Shown here piece by piece: positions 36,665-45,731 of a DNA stretch of 64,000 bases. The number at the start of each line of letters is the position of its first letter. Within the stretch, counting starts at the first letter, position 1. The notes beneath the pieces are model-generated. The model was not told the origin of the DNA. It saw only the letters and a program-made list of their open reading frames with translations, and did no database searches. Made by a program: the position numbers and the translations under genes. Where the stretch lies: positions 1-64,000 of the forward strand of contig JBBQZX010000010.1 in assembly GCA_038207335.1 (NCBI GenBank), in the 5' to 3' direction. This DNA comes from Chthoniobacterales bacterium (GTDB lineage Bacteria > Verrucomicrobiota > Verrucomicrobiia > Chthoniobacterales > Chthoniobacteraceae).

Positions 36665-39600
36665 ATGAAACATTCTCGCGTCATTTTCGCGGCGAGCGCG
36701 CTGCCCGTGCTCGCTCTCATCGTCCGCAGCCAGGCGATTTCGATCACTGCACCGGGCACTTACACGCAGGATTTCAATGGGCTCGCGACGACTACCGGGA
36801 CGACTTGGGCGAATGATTCGACGGTGCCGGGCTGGTATGCGCAGACGGATACCCTGACGACGATTCCACTCGGGATATACAATGGCGGAGACGCGCTGAC
36901 TTCCGGGATGTTCAGCGTAGGTGCGGCGGGAAGCACCGAACGCTCGCTGGGTTTTCGCCCGACGACGAATGGCTACGGGATGACGCTGCTCGGCCTGTCT
37001 TTTCAAAATAACACGGCGGGGACGCTGAACTTCGGGAGCTTTTCGTATCAGGGGGAGCTGTGGTTTGGGCAGACGAATGCGAGCACGCCGGATGGTTATC
37101 AATTTTTTTACCAAATCGGGAGCGCTGCGATCACGAACCTCGGGCCGTTCACGGTGAATAATGGCGCGACTTTTGCCGCGAATGCAGCGGTGGACGATGC
37201 GGGCTGGACGCGCGTCTCGGCGCTGGATTACACGGCCGCGAACAGCTCGACGGCGGCGTTCAATCCGGGGCTGAACACGGCGGTGTCGGTGGCGAATCTC
37301 GGGGTGACGCTCGCCCCCGGGCAGTTCATCACATTTCGTTGGCGGAATCCGAATGACACGGGCGGCGATGCGATCATGGCGATCGACGATGTTGTGATCG
37401 CTTACAATTTGCTTGGTGCGGACCTGACCTACGATCTTCTGCACACTGCGGGCGGCGCGCCGAATGGGATGCTCACGACGTCCGGTGGGCAGTATTTTCT
37501 GAATGGCGGGGTCCCCGCGAGCTTCGCGCAGAATGACAGTGTGACCTTCAGCCAAAGCGGCTCGGCGACGATCGCGGTGCCGGCGAATGTGACGGTCGGG
37601 GGCTTCACGGTGAGCGCGGCGAGCGGCACGTACACGATCGGGGGCGCGGGGGCGATCACGGGGCCTTTTGCGAAGAGCGGGGGCTCCACGCTGGTGCTGA
37701 CTTCGGCGAATGTGTTCAGCGCTCCGACGATCACCGGCGGCGTGGTGGAGACGCAGGCGCAAGGCGCACTCGGCACGGGAGGCATCGCGATCAGCGGAGG
37801 CTCGATGTTGAAGACGACGACGGCGCCGCAGACGCAGACGGGCTCGCTGGCGGTCGGCACGGGCGGGGCGACGGTGCAGACGGATGCGAGCCTGACGGTG
37901 AGCGGCATCTCGGGGAGTGGGCCGCTGTTGAAGACTGGCGTGGGCGCGCTGACGCTCTCCTCCGGGGCGGCGAGCGCGCATGTCGCGGGTATCACGATCG
38001 GCGCGGGGAAGGTGAGCGCGAGCACGGCGGCGGCGCTCGGTGGCGCGACGCAGGCGATCACGCTCGGTGGCGGCACGCTGGAACTCACGAATACCGCGGC
38101 GGAGGAAACTTTCAACGATACGACGACAGCACGCACGATCGTCGTGACGGCGGCTGGCGGAGGCATCGCGGTGACTGCGCCGGCCTCGACCGGCGCAGGG
38201 CCGGGAATCGGTCTCACGGTGGCGCGCGCGGATTCGATCAACGGCGGCGGAACGCTGACGAAATCAGGCACGGGCGTGCTACGGCTCGCGGCGAATCAGA
38301 CGACTTTCACGGGAAACTGGATCGTGGCTGGCGGCATCCTAAGCTACGGGAATGGGCTCGCGAATGCGCTCGGCAGCGGCAGCGTGACGGTGCTGCCGGG
38401 CGGCACATTTGGCGGTGTGAATACTGTCGTGCCCGCAGGCAATCCGATCACGCTGGCAGGCGGCGCGCTCGGCACGCGGACGGGCGATCTCACGGATTTT
38501 CAGAGCAGCGTGAATGTGACGGCACCGTCGTTCATCGGGCTGCGCAGTTTCAATTCGCCGGTCAATAGCGACAACATTCTCATTAGCGGAAAGCTCTCCG
38601 GCAGCGCGAGTCTCACGCTCCAGGGAAATGTCGGGACGCTCGTGCGTGCGCTGCGAGTGAGCAATGAGACGAACGATTTCAGCGGCGCGTTCATCGTGGA
38701 GCCAGGCCAGACGTTGCACGCGCAGGCGACTGTCGGCACCGGCAGCGCGCTCGCCACGAGCAACGTGCAGCTTCAGGCGGATGCAGCGAACCCGAGCACG
38801 CTGCGGATTCGCGACGACGGCACAGCGGGCGGGCAGACGCTCACGTATGGAAATGCGGTGACGCTGACCGGGACGGGTGCGGCGGTGGTGGATGTCGATC
38901 GCAGCGGCGTGGCGAATACCGGCAGCACGATCGCGCTCGGGACACTGGCGCTCGGCGGGCAGACTTTGAACAGCGTCGGAGCGAATGGATACCGCGCGTC
39001 GTTCAGCACCGTCGGGCTGAGCGCGGATTCCACGCTGAATCCCACGACCGCCGACATCGTCGTAAGCGGCGGGATCAGCGGCAACGCGGCGCTAACGAAG
39101 ACCGGCGCGGGCGCGCTGCGACTCGGTGGCGCGAGCACATTCAGCGGTGCCGCGCATCTCGCGGGCGGCGCGACGGTGCTCGCTGCGGGTGCGACGCTGG
39201 GCACGTCATTGATCGACATCGGCCCCGCCGGAACCCTCGATGCCACGGCGCTTCCCACCGGACTCGCGCTTGGCGCAGGACAGACGCTGGGCGGCAGCGG
39301 CACACTCACCGGCGCGCTCGCGGTCGGGCCCGGAATTATCGATCCGGGCGCGGGGGCGGCAGCGGGCGTCCTGCGGATTTCCGCGGATACCAGCTTCACT
39401 CCGGCGTCCACGCTTTCTCTCCAAGTCGCGCATCTCAGCATCGGCGTCGTCGTGCCCGGCACGGATTACGATCAGATTCTGCTCGGCACCGGAGTCGGCC
39501 CCGCGAGCACCGCCAGCCTCACGCTCGGCGGCGGCGCGCTCGTGCTCTCGGTCGGCGGCGGCATCGTCGCAGGCGACCTCTTTTTCATCATCGTGAATGA

Positions 39601-39829
39601 CGGCAACGATCCGATCGCCGGCACGCTCACCGGTCTCACGCAAGGCGCGACATTTGCCCAAGGAGGCCAGTCATTCCAAATCAGCTACGGCGCTGACTCG
39701 GTCGCCGGCACATTTCTCGGCGGCAACGACCTCGCGATCGTCGCCGTCCCCGAGCCGAACGCCGCGCTCTTCGTGCTGCTCGGCGGCGCGCTCCTCGGCC
39801 TGCGGCGACGCGCGCGGCATCACGCCTGA
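36665..39829 (+). CDS. PEP-CTERM surface protein with autotransporter-associated beta-strand repeats
   Basis: Signal peptide; repeated L.K.G.G.L.L units; G/T/A/S rich; C-terminal VPEP-TM-RRR. Confidence 0.92.
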   Translation: MKHSRVIFAASALPVLALIVRSQAISITAPGTYTQDFNGLATTTGTTWANDSTVPGWYAQTDTLTTIPLGIYNGGDALTSGMFSVGAAGSTERSLGFRPTTNGYGMTLLGLSFQNNTAGTLNFGSFSYQGELWFGQTNASTPDGYQFFYQIGSAAITNLGPFTVNNGATFAANAAVDDAGWTRVSALDYTAANSSTAAFNPGLNTAVSVANLGVTLAPGQFITFRWRNPNDTGGDAIMAIDDVVIAYNLLGADLTYDLLHTAGGAPNGMLTTSGGQYFLNGGVPASFAQNDSVTFSQSGSATIAVPANVTVGGFTVSAASGTYTIGGAGAITGPFAKSGGSTLVLTSANVFSAPTITGGVVETQAQGALGTGGIAISGGSMLKTTTAPQTQTGSLAVGTGGATVQTDASLTVSGISGSGPLLKTGVGALTLSSGAASAHVAGITIGAGKVSASTAAALGGATQAITLGGGTLELTNTAAEETFNDTTTARTIVVTAAGGGIAVTAPASTGAGPGIGLTVARADSINGGGTLTKSGTGVLRLAANQTTFTGNWIVAGGILSYGNGLANALGSGSVTVLPGGTFGGVNTVVPAGNPITLAGGALGTRTGDLTDFQSSVNVTAPSFIGLRSFNSPVNSDNILISGKLSGSASLTLQGNVGTLVRALRVSNETNDFSGAFIVEPGQTLHAQATVGTGSALATSNVQLQADAANPSTLRIRDDGTAGGQTLTYGNAVTLTGTGAAVVDVDRSGVANTGSTIALGTLALGGQTLNSVGANGYRASFSTVGLSADSTLNPTTADIVVSGGISGNAALTKTGAGALRLGGASTFSGAAHLAGGATVLAAGATLGTSLIDIGPAGTLDATALPTGLALGAGQTLGGSGTLTGALAVGPGIIDPGAGAAAGVLRISADTSFTPASTLSLQVAHLSIGVVVPGTDYDQILLGTGVGPASTASLTLGGGALVLSVGGGIVAGDLFFIIVNDGNDPIAGTLTGLTQGATFAQGGQSFQISYGADSVAGTFLGGNDLAIVAVPEPNAALFVLLGGALLGLRRRARHHA

Positions 39830-40290
39830 CGCGGTGCGTGCTGCGCGGCAAGTTTGCGCGCATGGAGTCGGCTGATGATGACGCGCCCCGCGATGACATG
39901 CGCCGGGAGCACGATGAACGTGCCGACGCCGATCCACGCGTGCCACCGACTGAGCCACTCGCGGAATGCTTCGTCGCCCGCGTAGTAGAGGCCGTATCCG
40001 GTCGCGATGAGGAAGGCGTTCAGCGCGATGAGCAGCGCGCCGGAGAGCCGATTTTTGTCCGCGGTCCAGCCGCGCCGGATATGCGTGGCGAGCGCACCCA
40101 GCACGAGCAGCGCAGCCATCGCAGCGCCGCCGTGGATTCTCAGCAGCAGCCTCGGAAGCCGCTCCCACGCTTGATCTTCGAGCCGCGTCTGCGCGAACAT
40201 CCAACCCGCGCCGGTGAGAAGCAGCACGCCGAAGCTGACGTAAACCGCCGCTTGAAACGGCCGGCTGAGATGAAATGTGGAGCGCTTCAT
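39820..40290 (-). CDS. Four-TM membrane protein with paired His (cytochrome b / DUF4405-like)
   Basis: LLLTG...IHGGAAM...ATH and LIATG...WHAWIG...PAH in two repeats; ATGA overlap with apbE stop. Confidence 0.7.
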   Translation of the reverse strand: MKRSTFHLSRPFQAAVYVSFGVLLLTGAGWMFAQTRLEDQAWERLPRLLLRIHGGAAMAALLVLGALATHIRRGWTADKNRLSGALLIALNAFLIATGYGLYYAGDEAFREWLSRWHAWIGVGTFIVLPAHVIAGRVIISRLHARKLAAQHAPRQA

Positions 40291-41177
40291 GCCCACCGCG
40301 GACTGCACAAAACTTCGCCCGCCGTGACGACGAAAAGCGCGTCGGCGTGAAAGTGCACAAGCACCGGCAGCGATGCCTCGCCGCGCAGCATGACAATCTT
40401 AGTGAGCGCATCTGCGAGCATCGCGGTGCGAGCGCGAACAGTTGCGCTTTGCACGGCGACGGGCGCATAGGAGCACGGCTCGACGATCGGCCCGCGCGTG
40501 GCAGCGGGTGTGATGCGGTCGGCAAAATAGTGCGCGGAGGTGGCGAGCGCAGCATCGGCAAGAGCAATAGTCGTGAGCGCTTGCCGGGGCTCCAGCGGGT
40601 TGCGGATCGCGATGGGAAAAGAACGCGAGCCGAGCCCCCGCAGATCGCCGCCGGCATTCACCAGCGCGTTGCCGATGCCGTGCTCCCGAAGCGTCTCGAT
40701 CGCGCGGTCGACGGCGAATCCTTTCGCGATGCCACCGAGATCGAGCCGCACGCCAGGACGATGAAACCGAACGCGCCGATCCGACAACAGTTCGACGTCC
40801 GAGAAACTCGGAACGCTGTTGAGATCAGCATTCACGGGCGATCCGCCGCACGGCAGGAATCCAAGCGCCTGCAACTGCGGCGCAACCGCGACATCGAATG
40901 CCCCGCCTGAAACCCGCCACATTTCCTCCGCGCATTCCAGCACGGAAAACGTTGCCACATCCACCTCCACCGGCTCGTAAAACGCCCGCCGATTCACCTC
41001 CGAAAGCACGCTCGCGGGGTCATGAAAACTCATCCGCCGCTGCACCTCCGCGACCGTCCCGAACGCGGCGCTGATCGCACGCCGCGCGCGATTTTCACCA
41101 CAATCCGCGACCGTGATCTCGACGAACGTCCCTAGTAGCGGACGCGACCGCCTCATCTCACTTGAGCGCGATTTCAT
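40287..41177 (-). CDS. apbE: FAD:protein FMN transferase
   Basis: PLLGTFVEI, MSFH...S.LS.VN, SGGAFDV, LDLGGIAKGFAVD, VNAGGDL, ALATS, ADALTK. Confidence 0.93.
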   Translation of the reverse strand: MKSRSSEMRRSRPLLGTFVEITVADCGENRARRAISAAFGTVAEVQRRMSFHDPASVLSEVNRRAFYEPVEVDVATFSVLECAEEMWRVSGGAFDVAVAPQLQALGFLPCGGSPVNADLNSVPSFSDVELLSDRRVRFHRPGVRLDLGGIAKGFAVDRAIETLREHGIGNALVNAGGDLRGLGSRSFPIAIRNPLEPRQALTTIALADAALATSAHYFADRITPAATRGPIVEPCSYAPVAVQSATVRARTAMLADALTKIVMLRGEASLPVLVHFHADALFVVTAGEVLCSPRWA

Positions 41178-41679
41178 ACACAGCAAGCACCCGCCGCACG
41201 CCCTCCGTCACGTGCCGACTCGAGAGCGTCGCGCCGCTGATATTCTTGATATCCTGATCCAGTCGCAGCGGCGCGCACGCCGTCTTTCCTGTGAATTGCG
41301 CGCGCCATTTCGCCTCACGCACCTCACCGCCGTACGACTCGCGATACTCCATGATCTCCACGTCTTTCACCGCTCCGCCCACCGTGAGCGCGACCGCGAA
41401 CGTGATGTATTCATGCTTCCCGAGCACGTCATCCACCACAAACCAGCCGCCGCCTGCCACCCGCCAAATCTGCGGGTCTTTCCTCAACCGCATGTCGCTC
41501 ATCTTCTCGATCGCCTTGCGCTGCTCCGGTGACAGCTTCGCCTCCGAGCGCGTCATCGCGGCACCGGGAAACATCTCCTTTTGCGCCTGTTCGATGGTGA
41601 GGTAAGTCGTAGCAAAGCATGGCGCCGATGTGCTGAGAACGAGTGCCGCGGGAAGCGTGAAAGTTTTCCAGTCGGACAT
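41158..41679 (-). CDS. Secreted FMN-binding (flavinylated) domain protein
   Basis: Signal peptide; GKHEYITFAV, YRESYGGEV, W..QF.GK, ISGATLSS flavinylation motif. Confidence 0.9.
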   Translation of the reverse strand: MSDWKTFTLPAALVLSTSAPCFATTYLTIEQAQKEMFPGAAMTRSEAKLSPEQRKAIEKMSDMRLRKDPQIWRVAGGGWFVVDDVLGKHEYITFAVALTVGGAVKDVEIMEYRESYGGEVREAKWRAQFTGKTACAPLRLDQDIKNISGATLSSRHVTEGVRRVLAVYEIALK

Positions 41680-41682
41680 GGT

Positions 41683-42531
41683 TTAGAAATTGATGCCGAC
41701 CTTCAGTCGAAATTGATTGCGTTGCTCTTCCGCGAACGTCTGGCCGGTGTGCGATTCATCCACGCCCTCGCCATACACCTGATAATTCCAGCTCAAAGTC
41801 GCCCAGAATTTCTCGCCACCGTAGTGCAGCGTCGGCCCGGCATAGACCACGCCGTGCTCGAAAAAATTGAGGTCGAAGAGCGGATACTCCACCCGCGCGT
41901 GCGCCTCCGCGCCGATGAACCAATTCCGCGCGAACCGATACGACACGCCGAGCCCGCCCGAGTATGAAAACTCGCGCGGATATTCCTCCGCGGGCTGCTT
42001 TCCCCATGCCCACTCCACACCTCCACTGAGCGCCACGATCAGCGTGTCATCGAGGAAGTTTTTTTGAAGCGCAAAACCGGGCGCGATGAATGGCTCGTGC
42101 TCGATGAACCCGCCGACATCGTCGTGGATCAGAAAGCCGCCCTCGAGCCGGAGCGCGAGTCCGATGAAGTCTTTGAAAGGCGAAAGCACGCGATATTTTC
42201 CCGCCACCTCGATCCCGCCAAAACGGTATACCTGACGGTTGCCGAGGTCCTCGGTGTCGTAATCGAAATAGCGATTCACAACGGCGACGCTCGCCTGGAA
42301 TTTGTCCGTGAAGCCGTATTCAAGCTCCGTCTCGAAGTCGTATCCATAATACGGACCCGACGGCTTGCCGGTCCGAAGCGTCGAAAACTGATACAGTTCG
42401 AAGTGCCCACCGGGCAGGGTCTCTGCGCCGGTGACCCAGCCGAAAAGCTGCTCGTCGGCGCGAGAGGGGGTGGGGAGAAAAGCGAGCAATGCTGCAGCAA
42501 TGCGGATGGGACGGATGGAGCGATGAAGCAT
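41683..42531 (-). CDS. Putative outer-membrane beta-barrel (DUF6662-like)
   Basis: Signal peptide ..SRA|DEQLFG, AETLP.G, TELEYGFTD, alternating aromatic strands, C-terminal KVGINF. Confidence 0.75.
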   Translation of the reverse strand: MLHRSIRPIRIAAALLAFLPTPSRADEQLFGWVTGAETLPGGHFELYQFSTLRTGKPSGPYYGYDFETELEYGFTDKFQASVAVVNRYFDYDTEDLGNRQVYRFGGIEVAGKYRVLSPFKDFIGLALRLEGGFLIHDDVGGFIEHEPFIAPGFALQKNFLDDTLIVALSGGVEWAWGKQPAEEYPREFSYSGGLGVSYRFARNWFIGAEAHARVEYPLFDLNFFEHGVVYAGPTLHYGGEKFWATLSWNYQVYGEGVDESHTGQTFAEEQRNQFRLKVGINF

Positions 42532-42568
42532 GGGATGGTTCGGTTTTAGAAGCGCGGACGCTACATTA

Positions 42569-42585
42569 TTGAGATTGAGTCTCAA
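42569..42585. promoter_or_regulatory. Fur-box-like palindrome TTGAGA-TTGAG-TCTCAA
   Basis: Perfect 6-5-6 inverted repeat in an AT-rich patch 37 nt upstream of ATG 42531; resembles the TGA(A/G)A-WTNAW-T(T/C)TCA Fur pattern. Confidence 0.6.
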
Positions 42586-42678
42586 CAAAAAACCGCGTCG
42601 GCGTCGAACGCGGGGTAACCACAAACGGACCGTGGGGGGGAAGAAATGCTCCCCGCTGCCCGTACCAAAAACAGCGCG

Positions 42679-43398
42679 CTATTGCGCCGCAGGCGGAGCC
42701 GTCCGAGTGCGGAACCCAGGCACTTTATCGCTGCGCACCGACGTGCCACTCATCTTATTGGCGAGCAGCAGTTTCTCTTTTGCCATCGGCAGACCGACCG
42801 AGACGAAGGCTTTGATTTCGGGATCCTTGGTCTGCTGCGCGGCTTCGTAGTTTGAAAGTGCGCGCTGGTTCGCAGCCACGATTTCTTCCATCAGCGTTTT
42901 GTCGAATTTCGGACCGGTGAGCTTCTCGAACTTCTTCGCGAGCGCCTTTTGCGCGGCCGGTTCGCCATCCGAGATGGTGATGCCATTCATCTTCGCAAGC
43001 CGCGCGATTTTTCCGTTTTCATCCGCCTGCGTGGAAGACAGCACTTCGCCCATCGCCTTCACCTGCTCCGTGCTGGCGCGGGTCTTTGCTAGCTCTCCGA
43101 GATAAAGCTGCACCCGCCCGTGCTCGATCGCGCTCGTGAGAAAAAGCAGTTCGCGCCCGCTGATGTCGCTCGATACGAGCGTGCTATTTTTCACCGGTGC
43201 CGGAGCAGGCGTCGCGGCAGGTGGCGGCGCGACTTGCGGCACTGCCGGCGTTTTGATCACGGGCGCTGGAGAAGCAGCGGGCGCGGGAGTCGCAGGTGTC
43301 GGTGAAACCGCCGCGGCTTTGGAAGGTGCGACTTTTTGCGCGGCAATGAGACCGGCCACTGCGAGGCTGGCGGTGAGGACGAGAAGGAGCGGTTTCAT
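42679..43398 (-). CDS. DUF4142 (ferritin-like) secreted protein with Pro/Ala-rich N-terminus
   Basis: Signal peptide; FL..A......LGELA..RAS..QVK, L.G..FDK, DPEIKAF....LP. Confidence 0.75.
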   Translation of the reverse strand: MKPLLLVLTASLAVAGLIAAQKVAPSKAAAVSPTPATPAPAASPAPVIKTPAVPQVAPPPAATPAPAPVKNSTLVSSDISGRELLFLTSAIEHGRVQLYLGELAKTRASTEQVKAMGEVLSSTQADENGKIARLAKMNGITISDGEPAAQKALAKKFEKLTGPKFDKTLMEEIVAANQRALSNYEAAQQTKDPEIKAFVSVGLPMAKEKLLLANKMSGTSVRSDKVPGFRTRTAPPAAQ

Positions 43399-43412
43399 TT
43401 TTTGAAGGCAGG

Positions 43413-44867
43413 CTAGTCGGCAAGTTTTGCCGAGAGGATTTCGCTGACCACCGTCGGGTTGGCCTTTCCCTGCGAGAGTTTCATCACCATGCCCTTGATT
43501 GAATTGATCGCCTGCATTTTGCCAGCTTTGTATTCGGCGACGGCGCGCGGATTCGCGTCGATGGCCTGGACGCAAAGCGCCTCGATCGCTCCCGCGTCGC
43601 TCTCCTGCTTGAGTCCGCGCTCTTCCACGATTTGCACCGCGCTTTTTCCCGTCTCAAACATCGCGGCAAAAACCTCCTTTCCCTGCTTCCCGCTGATCGC
43701 GCCAGTGTCAATGAGGCTCACGAGTTCATTCAGCGCACTCGCGGAAACGGGCGATTCCGCGATTCCGAGTCCGGCATTTGCGAGCGCGCTTAGGAGGTCG
43801 TTGAGGATCCAATTCGCGAGGCTTTTCGGCTTGCTCGCGGTCTCCGCCGCGGCGTCGAAAAACGCGGCGAGCGAGGCATCGCCGACGAGCACATTCGCGT
43901 CGTACTCCGTCACGCCGTAGCTCGCCACGAAGCGCTCGCGCTTTTCTCCCGGCAGTTCCGGCCGCTTCACACGCACCTCATCGATGAAGACGCGCGTGTC
44001 CACTGGCAGCAGGTCGGGATCGGGAAAATAGCGATAGTCGTGCGACGATTCCTTCACCCGCATCTGGAACGTCTGCCCGCTCGCATCGTCCCAGCGCCGC
44101 GTCGATTGCACGAGCTTCTCCCCGCGCTGGAGCGCCTCCGTTTGACGCTCGATTTCATACGCCACGGCACGCCGCACACCGCTGATCGAGTTCATGTTTT
44201 TGATCTCGATTTTCACCCCGAGTTCCGCCTGCCCCTCAGGCCGCACGGAGACGTTGCAGTCGCAGCGCATCTGCCCTTTTTCCATGTCGGCATCGGAGAC
44301 GCCGCCATAGATGAGGAGCTGCTGGAGCGCGGTGAGGTACGCGAATGCCTCCTCCGGCGTCTCGATCTCCGGCTCGCTCACGATCTCCATGAGCGGCGTG
44401 CCGGCGCGGTTGAAATCGATGCCGCTCGTTTCGCCGAAATGCGTGCTTTTGGCCACGTCCTCCTCGAGGTGGATACGCGTGAGTTTCACCGCTTTGCCCG
44501 AATGCGCGATGCTCGCTTGCGCGTCCTTCGGATACGCAAAATCGTGCAGGGGCACCGCGCCGCCGACGCAGATGGGCTGGTCGAATTGCGTGATCTGATA
44601 GTTCTTCGGCATGTCCGGGTAGAAGTAATTCTTCCGGTCGAATTTGCAGATCGCGGGCACCTCGCAGCCGAGCATGAGGCCGGCAAGCGCGGTCATTTTC
44701 AGCGCCTCGCCATTCATCACCGGCAGCGCACCGGGGAAGCCAAGACAGACGGGGCAGGTGTGCTTATTCGGCTCCGCACCGAATTCGACGGGGCAGCCGC
44801 AGAACATCTTACTGCGGGTCTTGAGCTGGACGTGGACTTCGAGGCCGATGGTGGGGATGTAGGTCAC
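43413..44867 (-). CDS. gatB: Asp/Glu-tRNA amidotransferase subunit B
   Basis: IGLEVHVQL, FDRKNYFYPD.PK.YQITQ, IHLEED, DFNRAGTPLMEIVSEP, RCDCNVS, DYRYFPDPDL. Confidence 0.98.
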   Translation of the reverse strand: MTYIPTIGLEVHVQLKTRSKMFCGCPVEFGAEPNKHTCPVCLGFPGALPVMNGEALKMTALAGLMLGCEVPAICKFDRKNYFYPDMPKNYQITQFDQPICVGGAVPLHDFAYPKDAQASIAHSGKAVKLTRIHLEEDVAKSTHFGETSGIDFNRAGTPLMEIVSEPEIETPEEAFAYLTALQQLLIYGGVSDADMEKGQMRCDCNVSVRPEGQAELGVKIEIKNMNSISGVRRAVAYEIERQTEALQRGEKLVQSTRRWDDASGQTFQMRVKESSHDYRYFPDPDLLPVDTRVFIDEVRVKRPELPGEKRERFVASYGVTEYDANVLVGDASLAAFFDAAAETASKPKSLANWILNDLLSALANAGLGIAESPVSASALNELVSLIDTGAISGKQGKEVFAAMFETGKSAVQIVEERGLKQESDAGAIEALCVQAIDANPRAVAEYKAGKMQAINSIKGMVMKLSQGKANPTVVSEILSAKLAD

Positions 44868-44999
44868 GGTGGTCAGTGTTCAGCGGTGGCGCGCCTCCTG
44901 AAAACTGAAAACTGAGAATTGAATCCCGAAGGCACGCAGCCCGCGGGGAATAAAGGCGGGACGCGTTTGCTCAAAGCGCCGATGATTCCGAAAACCGCG

Positions 45000-45731
45000 A
45001 TGCAGCCGACGCCTTTCGTTTCAATCATCATCCCGGCGCTCGACGAGGCGGCGGTGATCGGGGCGACGATCGGGAGCGCGCAGTGTGCATTTGTGGAAAA
45101 TGAGATCATCGTGGTGGATGGCGGGAGCGCGGATGCGACGGCGCAGGTGGCGGAAACTGCTGGCTGCCGCGTGGTCGGCACGCAGCAGCGGCAGCGCGCG
45201 GCGCAGATGAATCTCGGCGCGACGCTCGCTCGCGGCGAGGTCCTGCTTTTTCTGCACGCGGATACACACATTCAGAAGGGCGCGCTGCAGGCGATTCGCG
45301 AGGCGATGCGGGATGCGCGGACGGTCGGGGGCGCGTTCGTGCGGCGATACGATTCGGGATCGTGGATGCTCGCGCTGACGTGCCGCCTCGCGGGTTGGCG
45401 CAATGCGCTTTTCGGTTGGCATCTCGGCGACCAGGCGATGTTCGTGCGCGCGGATGTCTTCCGCCGCAGCGGTGGATTCGCACAGGTAGCACAATTCGAG
45501 GATCTCGATTTTTCGCGTAATCTCTCGCGCTTCGGCTGCGTGGTGACGTTGAGGCCGGCGGTGATTTCCTCGGCACGCAGATTCGCCCGCCGCGGGCCGT
45601 TGCTGACGACATTGCGCGATTTTTTGCTGACCTGCCGGTATCTCATCCGCGGGCTATCACCGCCGCGCGTTCCTTTGCCAGCAGCCATTCCCGCGCCACA
45701 GGCCGAACCCGAAATCCAAGCGACACGATGA
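45000..45731 (+). CDS. GT2 glycosyltransferase, TIGR04283-like
   Basis: SIIIPALDEA, VVDGGSADAT, RAAQMNLGA, LLFLHADT, GDQAMFV, FEDLDF, SSARRF. Confidence 0.85.
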   Translation: MQPTPFVSIIIPALDEAAVIGATIGSAQCAFVENEIIVVDGGSADATAQVAETAGCRVVGTQQRQRAAQMNLGATLARGEVLLFLHADTHIQKGALQAIREAMRDARTVGGAFVRRYDSGSWMLALTCRLAGWRNALFGWHLGDQAMFVRADVFRRSGGFAQVAQFEDLDFSRNLSRFGCVVTLRPAVISSARRFARRGPLLTTLRDFLLTCRYLIRGLSPPRVPLPAAIPAPQAEPEIQATR

